A DNA stretch of 64,000 nucleotides from Alphaproteobacteria bacterium (GTDB lineage: Bacteria > Pseudomonadota > Alphaproteobacteria > CALKHQ01): NCBI GenBank assembly GCA_041396705.1, contig JAWKYB010000002.1:398563-462562 (forward strand), written 5' to 3'. Shown here in pieces: positions 1-12,889 of the stretch (positions are counted from its first letter, which is position 1; each line of letters begins with the position of its first letter). Made by a program: the position numbers and the translations under genes. Below the pieces are notes generated by a model that did no database searches, was not told where the DNA came from, and was given only the letters and a program-made list of their open reading frames with translations.

Positions 1-1
1 C

Positions 2-679
2 GTGCTGCTGCTGGCGGCGAAGCTGCCGGAGACGGTGCCGCAGCGCGACCCGCACGCGCTGGCGTTCGGCCAGTTCGCCACCCGCTATCGCCAGCTGCTG
101 TGCTGCCGCAACTATGTCGGCTATGCCCTGCTGCCGACGCTCGGCTTCGCCGGCATGACCGCCTTCGTCACCGGCGGCCCGTTCTACATCATCGGTTCGG
201 CCGGCGTGTCGGAGGTCGGCTACGGGCTGATCCAGGCGGCGCTGGTGGTCTGCTATATCGTCGGCGCCCTCGGCGCCAGCCTCGGCATCGACCGGCTCGG
301 CTTCGACCGCGTCCACCTGTTCGGCATCTTCCTGTTCGCGCTCGGCGGGCTCGGCGAGCTGCTGCTGCTGACCGAGCCGACGCCCTCGGTGATGCTGTTC
401 TGCCTGCCGTTCGGCGTGTTCCTGATCGGCCTCGGCGTCGTCTTCGCCACCGCGCCGGCACGCGCGCTCGCGCTCTATCCCGCGATGACCGGCAGCGCCT
501 CGGCCATGCTGACCACGTTGGAGATGCTGGGCGGCGCCGTGGCCGCGATCACCGTCAGCCTGCTGCACGACGGCACCGCGGCGGCGACCGGCGCGGTGAT
601 CATGGTGTCGGCGATGACCGCGGTCGCGGTGCAGGTGGTGGTGGTGCCGAGCGGCAGGGCCGCCGGCCGCGAGGCCTGA
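2..679 (+). CDS. MFS transporter (Bcr/CflA-like), C-terminal portion; the 5' end lies outside the window
   Basis: The frame is open from the window edge and the translation is polytopic hydrophobic (GGPFYIIGSAGVSEVGYGLIQAALVVCYIVGALGASLGIDRLG...), typical of the distal TM helices of an MFS efflux protein. Stop at 677-679. Confidence 0.65.
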   Translation: MLLLAAKLPETVPQRDPHALAFGQFATRYRQLLCCRNYVGYALLPTLGFAGMTAFVTGGPFYIIGSAGVSEVGYGLIQAALVVCYIVGALGASLGIDRLGFDRVHLFGIFLFALGGLGELLLLTEPTPSVMLFCLPFGVFLIGLGVVFATAPARALALYPAMTGSASAMLTTLEMLGGAVAAITVSLLHDGTAAATGAVIMVSAMTAVAVQVVVVPSGRAAGREA

Positions 680-685
680 CCGCGC

Positions 686-1261
686 CTATCCCTGCATCAC
701 CATGTGTGCGGTGACGGCGCTCAGCAGCTGGTTGAGCAAAAAGGCGATGCCGAACGGACCGATCGCCACCAGCAGCGACGACTGCAGCGCCACCTTGGCG
801 ACATAGCAGCTGTAGGCGATCAGCAGGATCCACAGCATGAACGATACCAGATCGCCCAGCCCGCCGCCGCCGCCGACGGCCAGCAGCAACAGCTGCAGGC
901 CGACCATCACCGCATAGGCCGGCACGTCGATCCAGTTCAGCGCGACCGCGGCGTGGAAGAACCGGTTCTCCTTGCCGACGACGCGGCAATAATAGAACAG
1001 TGCCAGCTGGAACGCCGCCCAGTGGGTGACATATGCGATCGCCTCGACCAGGACGATGCGGGAGTCCGAGGCTTCGGCCGGGACGATGAAATAGCCCAGC
1101 CAGGTCATGAACGCATAGCCGGGCAGGACGATCACCGCCGCGGCGACCGAGTTCCAGAACCCCTCCAGCGTGGCATTGAAATACTGCAGCCCGGACGGGT
1201 CGCCCTTGGCCAGCCGGATCGTGCCGTACAGCGACCGGCTGAGCTCCTGCGACGTGATCAT
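686..1261 (-). CDS. Hypothetical integral membrane protein (Yip1-like topology)
   Basis: 191-aa ORF with 4-5 hydrophobic helices. Its start overlaps the dapE stop by 4 nt (1258-1261), suggesting co-transcription. Confidence 0.45.
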   Translation of the reverse strand: MITSQELSRSLYGTIRLAKGDPSGLQYFNATLEGFWNSVAAAVIVLPGYAFMTWLGYFIVPAEASDSRIVLVEAIAYVTHWAAFQLALFYYCRVVGKENRFFHAAVALNWIDVPAYAVMVGLQLLLLAVGGGGGLGDLVSFMLWILLIAYSCYVAKVALQSSLLVAIGPFGIAFLLNQLLSAVTAHMVMQG

Positions 1262-2430
1262 CGCTGAGCGAAGAACCGGTCGAGCATGCGGCGATAGATG
1301 CGCGTCAGCGCCGCGACATCGGCCACCTCCACCCGCTCGTCGACCTTGTGCATGGTCTGGCCGACCATGCCAAACTCGATCACCGGGCAGAAGTCCTTGA
1401 TGAAGCGCGCGTCCGAGGTGCCGCCGGTGGTGCTGAGCTGCGGCGTCGTGCCGAGTTCGGCCTCGATCGCGGCGACGGCCAGGTCGGTCAACGGTCCGGG
1501 CGGGGTGAGGAAGGATTCGCCGCTGATCGAGACGTCGACTTCGTGGCTTGCCTCCGGTGCCGCCTCGCGGCAGCGCGCGCGGATCCAGTCGGCGACCGCG
1601 GCGCCGCTGTGCAGGTCGTTGAAGCGGACGTTCAGCCGCGCCGTCGCCTTGGCCGGGATCACGTTGGTCGCCGGGTTGCCGACGTCGACCGAGGTGATCT
1701 GCAGGGTCGACGGCTGGAAGTGGGCACTGCCGGAGTCGAGCGGCGCGGCGGTCAGCGCGGCCAGCATGCGGACCAGATGGTGGATCGGGTTGTCGGCGAG
1801 GTGGGGATAGGCCGAGTGTCCCTGCACGCCGGTCACGGTGATCGTCGCATTCAGGCTGCCGCGGCGGCCGATCTTGATCATCTCGCCGAGCTGGCCGGGG
1901 TTGGTCGGCTCGCCGACCACGCAGGCGTCCAGCGCCTCGCCGCGGTCGGCCAGCCAGCGCAGCACCTTGGCGGTGCCGTTGACCGCCGGCCCCTCCTCGT
2001 CGCCGGTGATCAGCAGGCTGATGCTGCCGTGCCAGCGCGTGCCGGACTCGGCAAGAAACCCGGCTGCTGCGGCGACGAAGGCGGCGATCGCCGCCTTCAT
2101 GTCGGCCGCGCCGCGGCCGTGCAGCAGGCCGTCGCGCACCGCGCCGGCGAACGGGTCGACCGCCCAGTCGGCGGGCGCGCCCGGCGGCACCACGTCGGTA
2201 TGGCCGGCGAAGCAGAAGTTCGGCCGGCCTTCGCCGATCACCGCATAGAGGTTGTCGACGTCGGGCGTGCCGGCGGCGCTGAACGGCAGCCGGTGGCAGC
2301 GGAAGCCCAGGCCCTGCAGCGCCCGCTGCAGCACGTCCAGCGCGCCGGCGTCGGCCGGGGTCACGCTGGGGCAGCGGATCAGCGCGCTGGCCAGCGCGAC
2401 CGGGTCGGGCATGGCGCTGGCGCCGTCCAT
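1258..2430 (-). CDS. dapE: Succinyl-diaminopimelate desuccinylase
   Basis: 390-aa M20 peptidase with the DapE hallmarks ([16 protein letters not shown], metal-binding His/Asp/Glu pattern). Adjacent to dapD. Confidence 0.9.
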   Translation of the reverse strand: MDGASAMPDPVALASALIRCPSVTPADAGALDVLQRALQGLGFRCHRLPFSAAGTPDVDNLYAVIGEGRPNFCFAGHTDVVPPGAPADWAVDPFAGAVRDGLLHGRGAADMKAAIAAFVAAAAGFLAESGTRWHGSISLLITGDEEGPAVNGTAKVLRWLADRGEALDACVVGEPTNPGQLGEMIKIGRRGSLNATITVTGVQGHSAYPHLADNPIHHLVRMLAALTAAPLDSGSAHFQPSTLQITSVDVGNPATNVIPAKATARLNVRFNDLHSGAAVADWIRARCREAAPEASHEVDVSISGESFLTPPGPLTDLAVAAIEAELGTTPQLSTTGGTSDARFIKDFCPVIEFGMVGQTMHKVDERVEVADVAALTRIYRRMLDRFFAQR

Positions 2431-2437
2431 CGGCCGG

Positions 2438-3283
<846 letters not shown>

Positions 3284-3411
3284 GCTGTTGCCTCGTCCTG
3301 TGCGTTCGGATGGAGCTGGGGGCCGCGATCCAAGAGCGTGCCGGAACATGGCGCGGCCGGCCGTGCCCTGTCAAACGCCGGGATCGTGCCGTCCGGCCGG
3401 TTCGGCGGCGC

Positions 3412-6400
3412 TCAGTAGTCCCATTCGAAGTTGATGCCGACGCGGCTGTCGCCGGTCTCGGTCAACCCGCTGGTCACATCGATTCCGTCCAGCACCTCGA
3501 CGCTGATCTCGGCCGCGCCGCTGCCGACGGCGGAGCCGCGCGATACCTCCAGATAGACGTCTTCGCTGAGATAACCGCCGACCGCGCCGACCGGGTTGCC
3601 TTCGGCGTCGGTGTCGCCCTCGATGGTCAGGCCGGTGATCCCGGTGATGTTGCGCAGCGTGTTGACGATGCCGAGGTCGCCCTCGCCGCCGGACAGCAGC
3701 GCCAGCGCGCGGCCGGCCTGCAGCGCCTGGGTGCCGGACAGGCTGCTGCGGCCGACGCCGAACAGCAGCCGGCTGAGGATCTCCTCCCGCGGCAGCGCCG
3801 GCACCGAGCTGAGCTCGAAGTCGGCGGTCGACGCCGGGCCTCTGACCGTGACGACGACGGCGAGGTCGCCGGTGTCGGCGATGGCCTCGATGTCGACCAG
3901 CGGGTTGGGCGGCGATGCGCCGGTGAAGGTGACGATGCCGCGGCTGATCTCGACCGCCTGGCCGGCCAGGTCCATGGTGCCGCGGATGACGTTCAGCGTG
4001 CCGACGATGCGCGGCGCGGCGCTGGTGCCGGTGACGTCGAGATTGCCGCGCCACTCGGACTCCAGGCCGTAGCCGCGGATGTAGAGCGCGTTCGGCACGC
4101 GCACCGAGACGTCGAGCGGCAGAGCGATCGGCGGCGTCAGGTCGAGCGGTTCCGGCGCCACCTGCGAGGTGCCGTTGACGTCGATGGCGTCGACCTCGAC
4201 GTAGCTGGCGCCGCGCAGGCCGGCGAAGCGGATCTCCGCCGGGCGAACGACGATGTCGCCGCTGACCGCAGGCGCGAGGATCGGACCGGCCAGCGACAGC
4301 GGGCCGCTGACCGAGACATCGGCGTAGTCGGTGCCCATCACCTTGAGCTGGTTGAGCGCGAGGTCGAATTGCATCGCCGCCTCGCCGGCGCCGAAGTCGG
4401 CCCAGCCGGTGGCTGTCATGCTGCCGCCGGCCGGGTCGACGGCGGACAGGCTGCGCAGCGTCAGCCGGTCGCCGTCGCCGGCGACTTCGGCGTTGAGCCG
4501 GGTGAGCACCAGCCCGATCTCGGCCACTTCCGCCGTCGCGTTGGCGATCGTGCCGCTGCCGGTCAGCACCGGCGCGCCGCCGACGCCGCCGATGCCGAGA
4601 TCGATATCGGCGTCGCCGGTGAGCAGGATGTCGCCGGACGGCGCCAGCAGCGGCGCGATCTCGTTGAGCGCGGCATGGGCGGTCACGCTGCCGTCGAGCG
4701 GCTGCCCGTGGCTGAAGTCGGCGGCGAAGGGCGCCAGCGACAGCCGCATCGCGTTGTTCAGCCGGAAGGTGACCGCCTCGGCAGCGACGTTGGTCAGGCT
4801 GGCGTCGACGTCGGCCATGCCGCCGCGCAGCGCAACCGCGACCAGCAGGCGGGCGTCGGCCAGGGCCTCGGCGACGGCGCCGCCGCCGTCCAGCGCCACG
4901 CCGCCGACCGTGAGCGCAACGGTGCCGTCCGGCGCGGCCGCGCTGCCGGAGAGCCGCACGGACAGGGTCTCGAGCTGCGCGGCAACGCCGGAGTCGCCGC
5001 CGAGGGCCGCGGCGCGGTCGAGGGCGATGCCGGTCGCCTCGATGTCGGCGTCGACGGCGCCGGGAGCGAGGGCCACGTCGCCGGCGATCCGGCCGCCGAA
5101 CACCGCCGCATCCAGGCCTCGGACCGCGACGCCGCCGCCCGTCAGGCGCACGTCGGCGGGCCGGTTGAGCGCGATCCGCTCGTCGGCGACCGCCGCCTCC
5201 AGCGTGGCGATGCGGAGCGCGGTGTCGCCGCCGGTGAGGGTGAGCCGGAGGTCGGTTTCGAGCGACAGCGGCTGCGGGTCGCCTGCTGCGGCGGTGGTGC
5301 CGGCGGCGGCGACCGTCAGGTCCAGCGCCTCGAGCGTGCCGGCGGCCGTCAGCCGCAGCGTGTCGAGGCTGACGGCGTCGGCTACGATTCCGCTGGCCTC
5401 GACCGTGCCGCGCAGCGATGGCGTGCCGAGCAGGTCGGTCAGCGCGATCGTCGCGTCCAGCCCGCCGACGGTCGCGCCGTCCGCCAGCGTGAGCCCGCTG
5501 CCGCGCAGGCCGACGGTCGCGTCCTGCCGGCCGTCTGCCGCGGTCAAGGTCACGCGGGCATCGGCGCTGCCGGCCAGCGGCACCCCGGTCAGCCCGGCCA
5601 TGCCGCCCAGCGCGGCGACGGCCACGTCGAGCCGGCCGGCGAGGGTGCCGCTGGCGAGGTCGACGGCGACATCGCCGCGGACCCTGGCGCCGAGTGCCGC
5701 CACGTCGAGGCCGGAGAGGGCGAGCGTGCCCGCGGCCAGATCGAGCGTCCCGTCAGCCCTGGTCGCGACCGGGCCGTAGACGCCGTCGCTGGAACCGTCC
5801 AGCACCAGCAGCAGGCGGCCGTCGTCGTCGGGCGCGACCGCCAACGTGGTGGCGATCGTGCCCACTGCCTGGCCGGCAATCCGCACCGCCTCGCCGGCGA
5901 TGTCGACCGTGGCGCGCGGTGCGGCCGAAAGCGCGTCGCCGAGGCTGCCGGACAGTGTCAGCGCGCCGCCGAGGTCTTCGGACGCCATGGCGAGCGGCCC
6001 GGCGAGCGTTGCCAGGTCGCGGATCGCGACGGTGAAGCCGAGCGGGGCGGCGCCTGCGTCCTCGCCGAACGGCAGGTCGCCCGACAGCACGACATCGGCG
6101 ACGGCCAGCCCGATGGCCGCGTCGAGCCCCTGCAGCCCGCGGGCGACATCGATCTGTGCCGCCGCCTCGACCGTCGGCGTCGGGCCGGCGAGGCCGTCGA
6201 GCAGCGCGCTGCCGAACGCGAAGCCTTCGCCCGACGCGACGGTCTCCAGCCAGCCGATCCCGGCCGTCGTATCGAACGCGCCGGCGAGATGTGCGGCGAG
6301 GCTGCCGGCGGCCTCGGCGAAGCCGGCCTGTGCGAGCGCGACCGCCGCCGGCGCTTCGACGTCCAGCGCGAAGCCGATGGTGCCGTCGGCCAGGCCGAGG

Positions 6401-7782
6401 TCGACGGAGCCGGCCAGACGGGTCGGCCCGGCCGTCAGGGCGATGTCCTCGACGGCCAGCGCATTGCCGTTGGCGCGCACCGTCGCATCGAGCGCAAGGG
6501 CGTCGACCCGGTAGGCGGCGAGATCGAGGTCGGTCGCGGCCGGGCCATCGGCCTGCAGCGAGAGCCGGGCGCTGCCAGTGCCGTCGAGCGGCGAGCCGGC
6601 GGCGTCGACGCTCGCGGTCAGCCGGCGCGCCTGCCAGCCGAAGGCGTCGAGCGCAGAGGCCTCGACGCCGACGGTGGCGGCGAGGTCGTCGAGCGGCCCG
6701 GCCACATCGACGGAAACGGTTGCCGCGCCTGCCAGCGGCAGGTCGAGCCCGGCGAGCGTCGCCCCGAGGTCGCGGCTGGCCAGCGCGACCTGGCCGTCGA
6801 GTGCGATCGGGGCGGCGAGCGTCGCCGTCAGATCGAGCGTGAGCTCGGCCTCGCGCCCGGTCACAGAGCCGGCCAGGGCGATCCGGTCGTCGGCCAGCCC
6901 GCCGGTGAGGTCGATCGCCAGCGGCAGGGGGCCCAGTTCCGGCGGCATTGCTGCGGCAGGGAGTGCCAGCCGGCCGGTGGCGGCAAGCCGCGGGGCATCC
7001 GGGTCGAGCCGTCCGGCCACGGCCAGGTCGGCCAGCGTCTCGGTGCCGGCGGTGAGCAGCAGCCGGCCCTGCCAGTCGTCGAGCGGGCCGTCGCCGGCAA
7101 CCGTCAACCGCCAGGGGCCATCGTAGTCCCAGCCGGCCAGGCGAGGCACCAGGCTGCCTTCGGGCTCTTCCGCCACCAGGTCGAGCGTCAGTGCCTTGCC
7201 CGCGGCGTCGACCCGCGCGGTCAGCGTCACGTCGGCGGGTGGGCCGTCGAGGCGATGGACCTCCAGGGTGGCGGTGCCGGCGTTGGCCGCCAGCGCGAAG
7301 CTGCCGTCGACGGACAGCATCAAGGGCTCGCCAGCCAGTGCGGCGCCGAGTTCCAGCCGCGCGACGGCAATCCGGTCGACGGCGATGTCGGCGGGAAGGC
7401 TGGGCCAGGCCAGCGCCGCCGCCGGGGTGTCCGGGGCCGGCGGTGTCACCGGCGGACGGACGATCGCGATGCGCGCGGCCGAGACGTCCCGCAGCGCGAC
7501 GGTGCCGGCAAGCAGGTCGCTCGCCGCGATGGCGACATGCAGGTCGTCGGCGGCGATCGCCGTGCCCTCGGCATCGTCCAGCCGAAAGTGCGGGATGGTC
7601 ATGTCGAACGGCACCAGGCCGTCGATGCGGTCGATCTCGAGCCGAAGCCCGCTGGCGGCCAGCGCGTCGTTGGCGAAGCCGATGCCGGCGCGCTGGCCCC
7701 AGCCGGTCTGCAGCAGGCCGAAGGCGAGGGCGGCAGCAGCAAAACCAGGGCGAGCAGGCCGAGGCCGAGGCGCAGCGGCCAA
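3412..7782 (-). CDS. tamB: Translocation and assembly module subunit TamB (DUF490/AsmA-like)
   Basis: 1456-aa protein with an N-terminal hydrophobic anchor, a long beta-rich repetitive body and a conserved DUF490-type C-terminus (...TETGDSRVGINFEWDY). It lies immediately downstream of the Omp85-family tamA. Confidence 0.85.
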   Translation of the reverse strand: MAAAPRPRPARPGFAAAALAFGLLQTGWGQRAGIGFANDALAASGLRLEIDRIDGLVPFDMTIPHFRLDDAEGTAIAADDLHVAIAASDLLAGTVALRDVSAARIAIVRPPVTPPAPDTPAAALAWPSLPADIAVDRIAVARLELGAALAGEPLMLSVDGSFALAANAGTATLEVHRLDGPPADVTLTARVDAAGKALTLDLVAEEPEGSLVPRLAGWDYDGPWRLTVAGDGPLDDWQGRLLLTAGTETLADLAVAGRLDPDAPRLAATGRLALPAAAMPPELGPLPLAIDLTGGLADDRIALAGSVTGREAELTLDLTATLAAPIALDGQVALASRDLGATLAGLDLPLAGAATVSVDVAGPLDDLAATVGVEASALDAFGWQARRLTASVDAAGSPLDGTGSARLSLQADGPAATDLDLAAYRVDALALDATVRANGNALAVEDIALTAGPTRLAGSVDLGLADGTIGFALDVEAPAAVALAQAGFAEAAGSLAAHLAGAFDTTAGIGWLETVASGEGFAFGSALLDGLAGPTPTVEAAAQIDVARGLQGLDAAIGLAVADVVLSGDLPFGEDAGAAPLGFTVAIRDLATLAGPLAMASEDLGGALTLSGSLGDALSAAPRATVDIAGEAVRIAGQAVGTIATTLAVAPDDDGRLLLVLDGSSDGVYGPVATRADGTLDLAAGTLALSGLDVAALGARVRGDVAVDLASGTLAGRLDVAVAALGGMAGLTGVPLAGSADARVTLTAADGRQDATVGLRGSGLTLADGATVGGLDATIALTDLLGTPSLRGTVEASGIVADAVSLDTLRLTAAGTLEALDLTVAAAGTTAAAGDPQPLSLETDLRLTLTGGDTALRIATLEAAVADERIALNRPADVRLTGGGVAVRGLDAAVFGGRIAGDVALAPGAVDADIEATGIALDRAAALGGDSGVAAQLETLSVRLSGSAAAPDGTVALTVGGVALDGGGAVAEALADARLLVAVALRGGMADVDASLTNVAAEAVTFRLNNAMRLSLAPFAADFSHGQPLDGSVTAHAALNEIAPLLAPSGDILLTGDADIDLGIGGVGGAPVLTGSGTIANATAEVAEIGLVLTRLNAEVAGDGDRLTLRSLSAVDPAGGSMTATGWADFGAGEAAMQFDLALNQLKVMGTDYADVSVSGPLSLAGPILAPAVSGDIVVRPAEIRFAGLRGASYVEVDAIDVNGTSQVAPEPLDLTPPIALPLDVSVRVPNALYIRGYGLESEWRGNLDVTGTSAAPRIVGTLNVIRGTMDLAGQAVEISRGIVTFTGASPPNPLVDIEAIADTGDLAVVVTVRGPASTADFELSSVPALPREEILSRLLFGVGRSSLSGTQALQAGRALALLSGGEGDLGIVNTLRNITGITGLTIEGDTDAEGNPVGAVGGYLSEDVYLEVSRGSAVGSGAAEISVEVLDGIDVTSGLTETGDSRVGINFEWDY

Positions 7783-7833
7783 CGACGCCGGCGGCGCGAC
7801 CGGGGCGGCGGCGTGCCGGCCCCGGCCGCGGCG

Positions 7834-9648
7834 TCAGAACGCCTGGCCGAAGCTGATGTAGAGCTGGAAGCCATCGTCCACGCCCGCACGGCGGTTCAGC
7901 GGCACGGCCACGTCGAGGCGCAGCGGGCCGAAATCGGTGAAATAGCGGGCGCCGGCGCCGGCGCCCCACAGCAACGGCCGGTCGAAAGTGGGCACCGAAT
8001 CCGCGAACGAGCGTCCGCCCTCGATGAACAGCACGGCGCCGAAGTCCTCCAGGAAACGGAACCGCGCCTCCGCGCCGACCGCCGCCATCGACTGCCCGCC
8101 GAGCGGGTCGCCGTCGTCGTCGATGTCGCCGGCGAACTGATAGGCGTAGCCGCGCACCGAACCGCCGCCGCCGACATAGAAGCGCTCGTCGGCCGGCATG
8201 GTGTCGCGCGCCACGCCGACGATCGAGCCGACCTCGGCCCAGCCGGCCAGCACCACGCCGTCGTCGCCCAGCGGCGCCCAGTAGCCGGTCTGGCGCAGGC
8301 TGGCCCGCAGCGCGAACAGGCTGGGGTCCGGCGCGATGTACAGCGGCTCGACGGTCAGCCGGGTCAGGCCGCCTTCGGTCGGATTGAAGGCGTCGTCGCG
8401 CAGGTCGTAGTCCAGCGCCAGCGGCAGCCCGACCAGGGTGAAGCGGTCGCGGCCGCGCTCCTCCTCGTCGACCTCGCGCGCCGCCAGCCGCACCCCGCCG
8501 CTGAGCGTGATCTCGTCGTCCAGGGCATAGGCGATGCCGGTCGCCGCCTCCAGCGAGCGGCGGCTGTAGCCCTCGCGCCGCTCGCGGTCGAGCGTGATGC
8601 CGGCGGTGACGGTGTAGCGCGGGTCGGCGAGCAGCGCGTTGTCGCGATACTCCGCCGCCAGCTCGACCAGCCGCTGGGTGCCGGCCAGCCGCAACTCCAG
8701 CCGCTCGGCCTGGCCGAACAGGTTGCGGTGTTGCCAGTAGACCTGGCCGCCCGCGCCTTCCGAGGTGGCATAGCTCAGGCCGCCGCCGATCGTACGGTGT
8801 GCGCGCTCGGTCACGCGGACCAGCATCGGCAGCCGGCCGTCGGCGTCGACCCAGTCCGTCGCCGGCTCGATGCTGACCGCGCCGAACACGTCGAGCTGGG
8901 CCAGCGTGGTGCGGGTCTCGTCGACCGCGGCCTGGTCGTACGGCTCGCCCTCTCGCCAGCCGATCCGCTGGCGGATCAGCGCGGCCTCGACCGCGTCCAG
9001 GCCTTCGATGGCGACCGGGCCGAAGGTCGCCTCGGGGCCCGCATCGACGGTCAGCGTGACGTCGACCGCGTGCGCGGCATGGTCGGCGACTACCATGCGG
9101 TCGACCACTTGCGCCAGCGGCCGGCCGCGGTCGGCCAGCACGCCGACCAGTCGGTCCTGCCCGCCGACGATGGCCTCGCCCGTGGCCGGGTCGCCGATGG
9201 CGATGCCGATGTCGTCGAGCGCGACCGCTATGGGGAACGCGGTTCCCGGCGGGTAGGCGTTGTCGATCGCAAAGCTCCTCAAGCCATAGCGCTGGCCCGC
9301 GTTCACGGTCACCGTCACCTGGCGCGTGCCGTCCTCGCCCGCCGGCGGCGCCGCGGCGATATCGACGGTGCCGTCGTAGTAGCCCTCGGCGCGCAGCACC
9401 CGCGCCATGCGTTCGCGGTCGGTGTCGATCCGGCTCTGCAGCGCGGAGTCGGTCTGCGGCACCCGGTCCTGCAGCGCGACCAGCTCCGACGCCTGCCGCA
9501 AGACCTCGAGCAACGGGTCGCTGTCGAGCAGCCCTTCCGGCGCGCCGTCCGGCCGGACCAGCACGACTCGGTAAGGCACCTCGGCGCATGCCGGCCCGGC
9601 GAGCGCGGCCCAGCACAACGCCAAGGTCAATGACAGCGCCAGTCGCAC
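7834..9648 (-). CDS. tamA: Outer-membrane Omp85-family protein TamA (POTRA domains plus beta-barrel)
   Basis: 604 aa with a signal peptide (MRLALSLTLALCWAALAGPACA/EV). The C-terminal barrel ends ...LYISFGQAF, an aromatic terminal residue typical of OMPs. GTG start with an AGGAAA ribosome-binding site. Confidence 0.85.
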   Translation of the reverse strand: MRLALSLTLALCWAALAGPACAEVPYRVVLVRPDGAPEGLLDSDPLLEVLRQASELVALQDRVPQTDSALQSRIDTDRERMARVLRAEGYYDGTVDIAAAPPAGEDGTRQVTVTVNAGQRYGLRSFAIDNAYPPGTAFPIAVALDDIGIAIGDPATGEAIVGGQDRLVGVLADRGRPLAQVVDRMVVADHAAHAVDVTLTVDAGPEATFGPVAIEGLDAVEAALIRQRIGWREGEPYDQAAVDETRTTLAQLDVFGAVSIEPATDWVDADGRLPMLVRVTERAHRTIGGGLSYATSEGAGGQVYWQHRNLFGQAERLELRLAGTQRLVELAAEYRDNALLADPRYTVTAGITLDRERREGYSRRSLEAATGIAYALDDEITLSGGVRLAAREVDEEERGRDRFTLVGLPLALDYDLRDDAFNPTEGGLTRLTVEPLYIAPDPSLFALRASLRQTGYWAPLGDDGVVLAGWAEVGSIVGVARDTMPADERFYVGGGGSVRGYAYQFAGDIDDDGDPLGGQSMAAVGAEARFRFLEDFGAVLFIEGGRSFADSVPTFDRPLLWGAGAGARYFTDFGPLRLDVAVPLNRRAGVDDGFQLYISFGQAF

Positions 9649-9750
9649 ACGGCCATTTCCTACCTGTTCGCCGGGCGGCTGCGCCAGCCCGGTCCAGCGC
9701 CATTGTCGGCCTCCGGGGCCGAATGGACCAGAACTTAGGTGAATGGCGCG

Positions 9751-11747
9751 CTATGCCAACCCCAGGTCCCGCTTCCGCCGCGCCGCCGCCCGGCCGATGA
9801 TCCGGGCGGCGGCAATGCCGAAGAAGGCGATCGACAGGCCGGCGACCAGCGCCAGCCCGGGGTCGGCGTCGGTGCGTGCGCGGTTGATCTCCTGGCCCAG
9901 ATCCTGGGTGCCGATCAGCGCGGTGATCGCCACCATGAACAGCCCCATCATGATGGTCTGGTTGAGGCCGAGCAGGATGGTCGGCAGCGCCAGCGGCATC
10001 TCCACCTGCCACAGTTTCTGGGAGCGGGTGCAGCCCATCGCCGTCGCCGCCTCGACCGTTTCACGGGAAACACCGCGCAGGCCCAGGTTGGTGTAACGGA
10101 TCATCGGCACGGTCGCATAGACGATCACCGCCAGGATCGCCGACAGGTCCGACACCTTGAACAGCATCACCACGGGAATCAGATAGATGAACGACGGGAA
10201 GGTCTGCAGGGTGTCGCAGACGATGGTGACCGCACGGGAGACCCGGTCGTTGCGCGATGCGGCCAGCCCGATCGGGAAGCCGATGAGGATGCACAGCACC
10301 ACCGCCGAGCCGATCATGTAGACGGTGACCATCGCCGGCCGCCACAGCCCGTTCAGTGCCGGGAACAGCATCAGGGCGGCGCACAGCAGCCCCAGCCGCC
10401 AGCCGCCGACCCGCCAGCCGATCGCCGCGACCAGGGCGACGACGCCGGGCATCGGCAGCCACAGCAGCGCGTCGCGCAGCGGGATCAGCACGCTGACCAG
10501 CATGAAGTCGCGGAACGCCTGCAGCGGTTCGTAGAGATGGGTGGCGATCCAGTCGACCAATGCATCCCACACCGGGGCGGTGGTCACCGACCAGTCGTCC
10601 GGCCAGCTGTGCAGGGGCTCGGCGACGGCGCCGAGCAGGATGGCGACGGTACCGAGCGCCAGCGCCAGCGCCAGATGCGGATGCCGGCGCAGCCAGCCGA
10701 GTCCGGGCTCGCGGTGCTGCGGCTTGAGCTGCGCATAGGCCTGGCTCAGCCGGTCGAGCACGATGGCCATCACCACGATGGCGAGGCCGAGTTCGAGCGC
10801 GACGCCGATGCGCAGCATCTCCAGCGCATGCAGCAGCGCGTTGCCGAGGCCGGCCGCACCGATCAGCGAGGCGATCACAACCATCGCCAGGGTCTGCATG
10901 ATCACCTGGTTGACGCCGACCATCAGCGTCGGCCGCGCCGCCGGCAGCAGCACCTTCCACAGCTGCTGGCGCGCGGTGGTGCCGGCCATGGTGCCGGCCT
11001 CGGCGACCGGGGCCGGCACGGTGCGGATGCCCAGGATCGCGCAGCGCACCATCGGCGGCGCCGCGAAGATGGCGGTCGCGATCAGCGCCGGCACCAGGCC
11101 GAAGCCGAACAGCACGACCACCGGCACCAGATAGGCGAAGTGCGGCGTGCTCTGCATGATGTCGAGGAACGGCGTCAGCACCCGCTCGAACCGCGGATGG
11201 CGGGCGGCCGCGATACCGAGTGCGAGGCCGGCCAGCGCGGCGACCGGCACGGTGACGATGACCAGCACGAAGGTCTTCATCGCGTCGTCCCAGACGCCGA
11301 ACAGCACGAAGTAGAGGAAGCCGCCGGCGCCCAGCGCCGCCATGCGCCAGCCGCCGACATAGTGGCCGAACACGCCGGCCATGACGGTCAGGAACGGCCA
11401 GGGCAGGCGGGCGATGTCGAGGTCCTTGATGCCGAGGAAATCGCGGAAGCCGCGCTCGAACAGGCTGCGCGACAGGTTCAGCGGCTGCTCGATCAGCCAG
11501 GCGATGCCGCGGGTGATGTCGCGAAAGGCAAAGGCCTGCTCTTTGCCCTCCGCGTCGGTCCAGGTCCAGAAGACCAGCTCGCGGCCGAGCCATTCGAACA
11601 GGCCGCGGATCCAGCGCGCCAGCGGCAGCGTCCAGTCGGCCACCTGCGCAGTCCAGGCGGCGGGCAGCGCGAGCGCCAGCAGCGTGACCCCGACGGGCGC
11701 GAGCAGCCAGCCGAAGCGACCTGCGAGGTCGGGGAGCGCGCCGCCGT

Positions 11748-11751
<4 letters not shown>
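9751..11751 (-). CDS. proW: Glycine betaine/proline-type ABC transporter permease, tandem (fused double) ProW-like permease
   Basis: 666 aa carrying two BPD-transporter permease domains. Its start overlaps the proV stop by 4 nt (11748-11751). Confidence 0.85.
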
Positions 11752-12779
<1,028 letters not shown>

Positions 12780-12889
12780 GGGACCCCCTTTCGCTTGGTC
12801 CGGTCGAGTCGTGCCGACGCCGCGCACGAGGGCGCGGCGTCGGGCATCCTCTCGCGATGGTGCGAGTATTGCGCCGTAGCGCCGACCGG

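Noticed and set aside
3310-9633. 2107-aa plus-strand ORF, and similar giant Arg/Gly/Asp-rich ORFs (5753..10012 minus; 9739..12003 plus; 12857..13948 plus; 14333..16582 plus; 24777..26177 plus; and others)
   Set aside because: They lie antisense to, or out of frame with, well-supported genes (tamAB, proWVX, slt, parB). They have extreme Arg/Pro/Gly composition, which is typical of wrong-frame translation at 70% GC, and they show no domain signatures.
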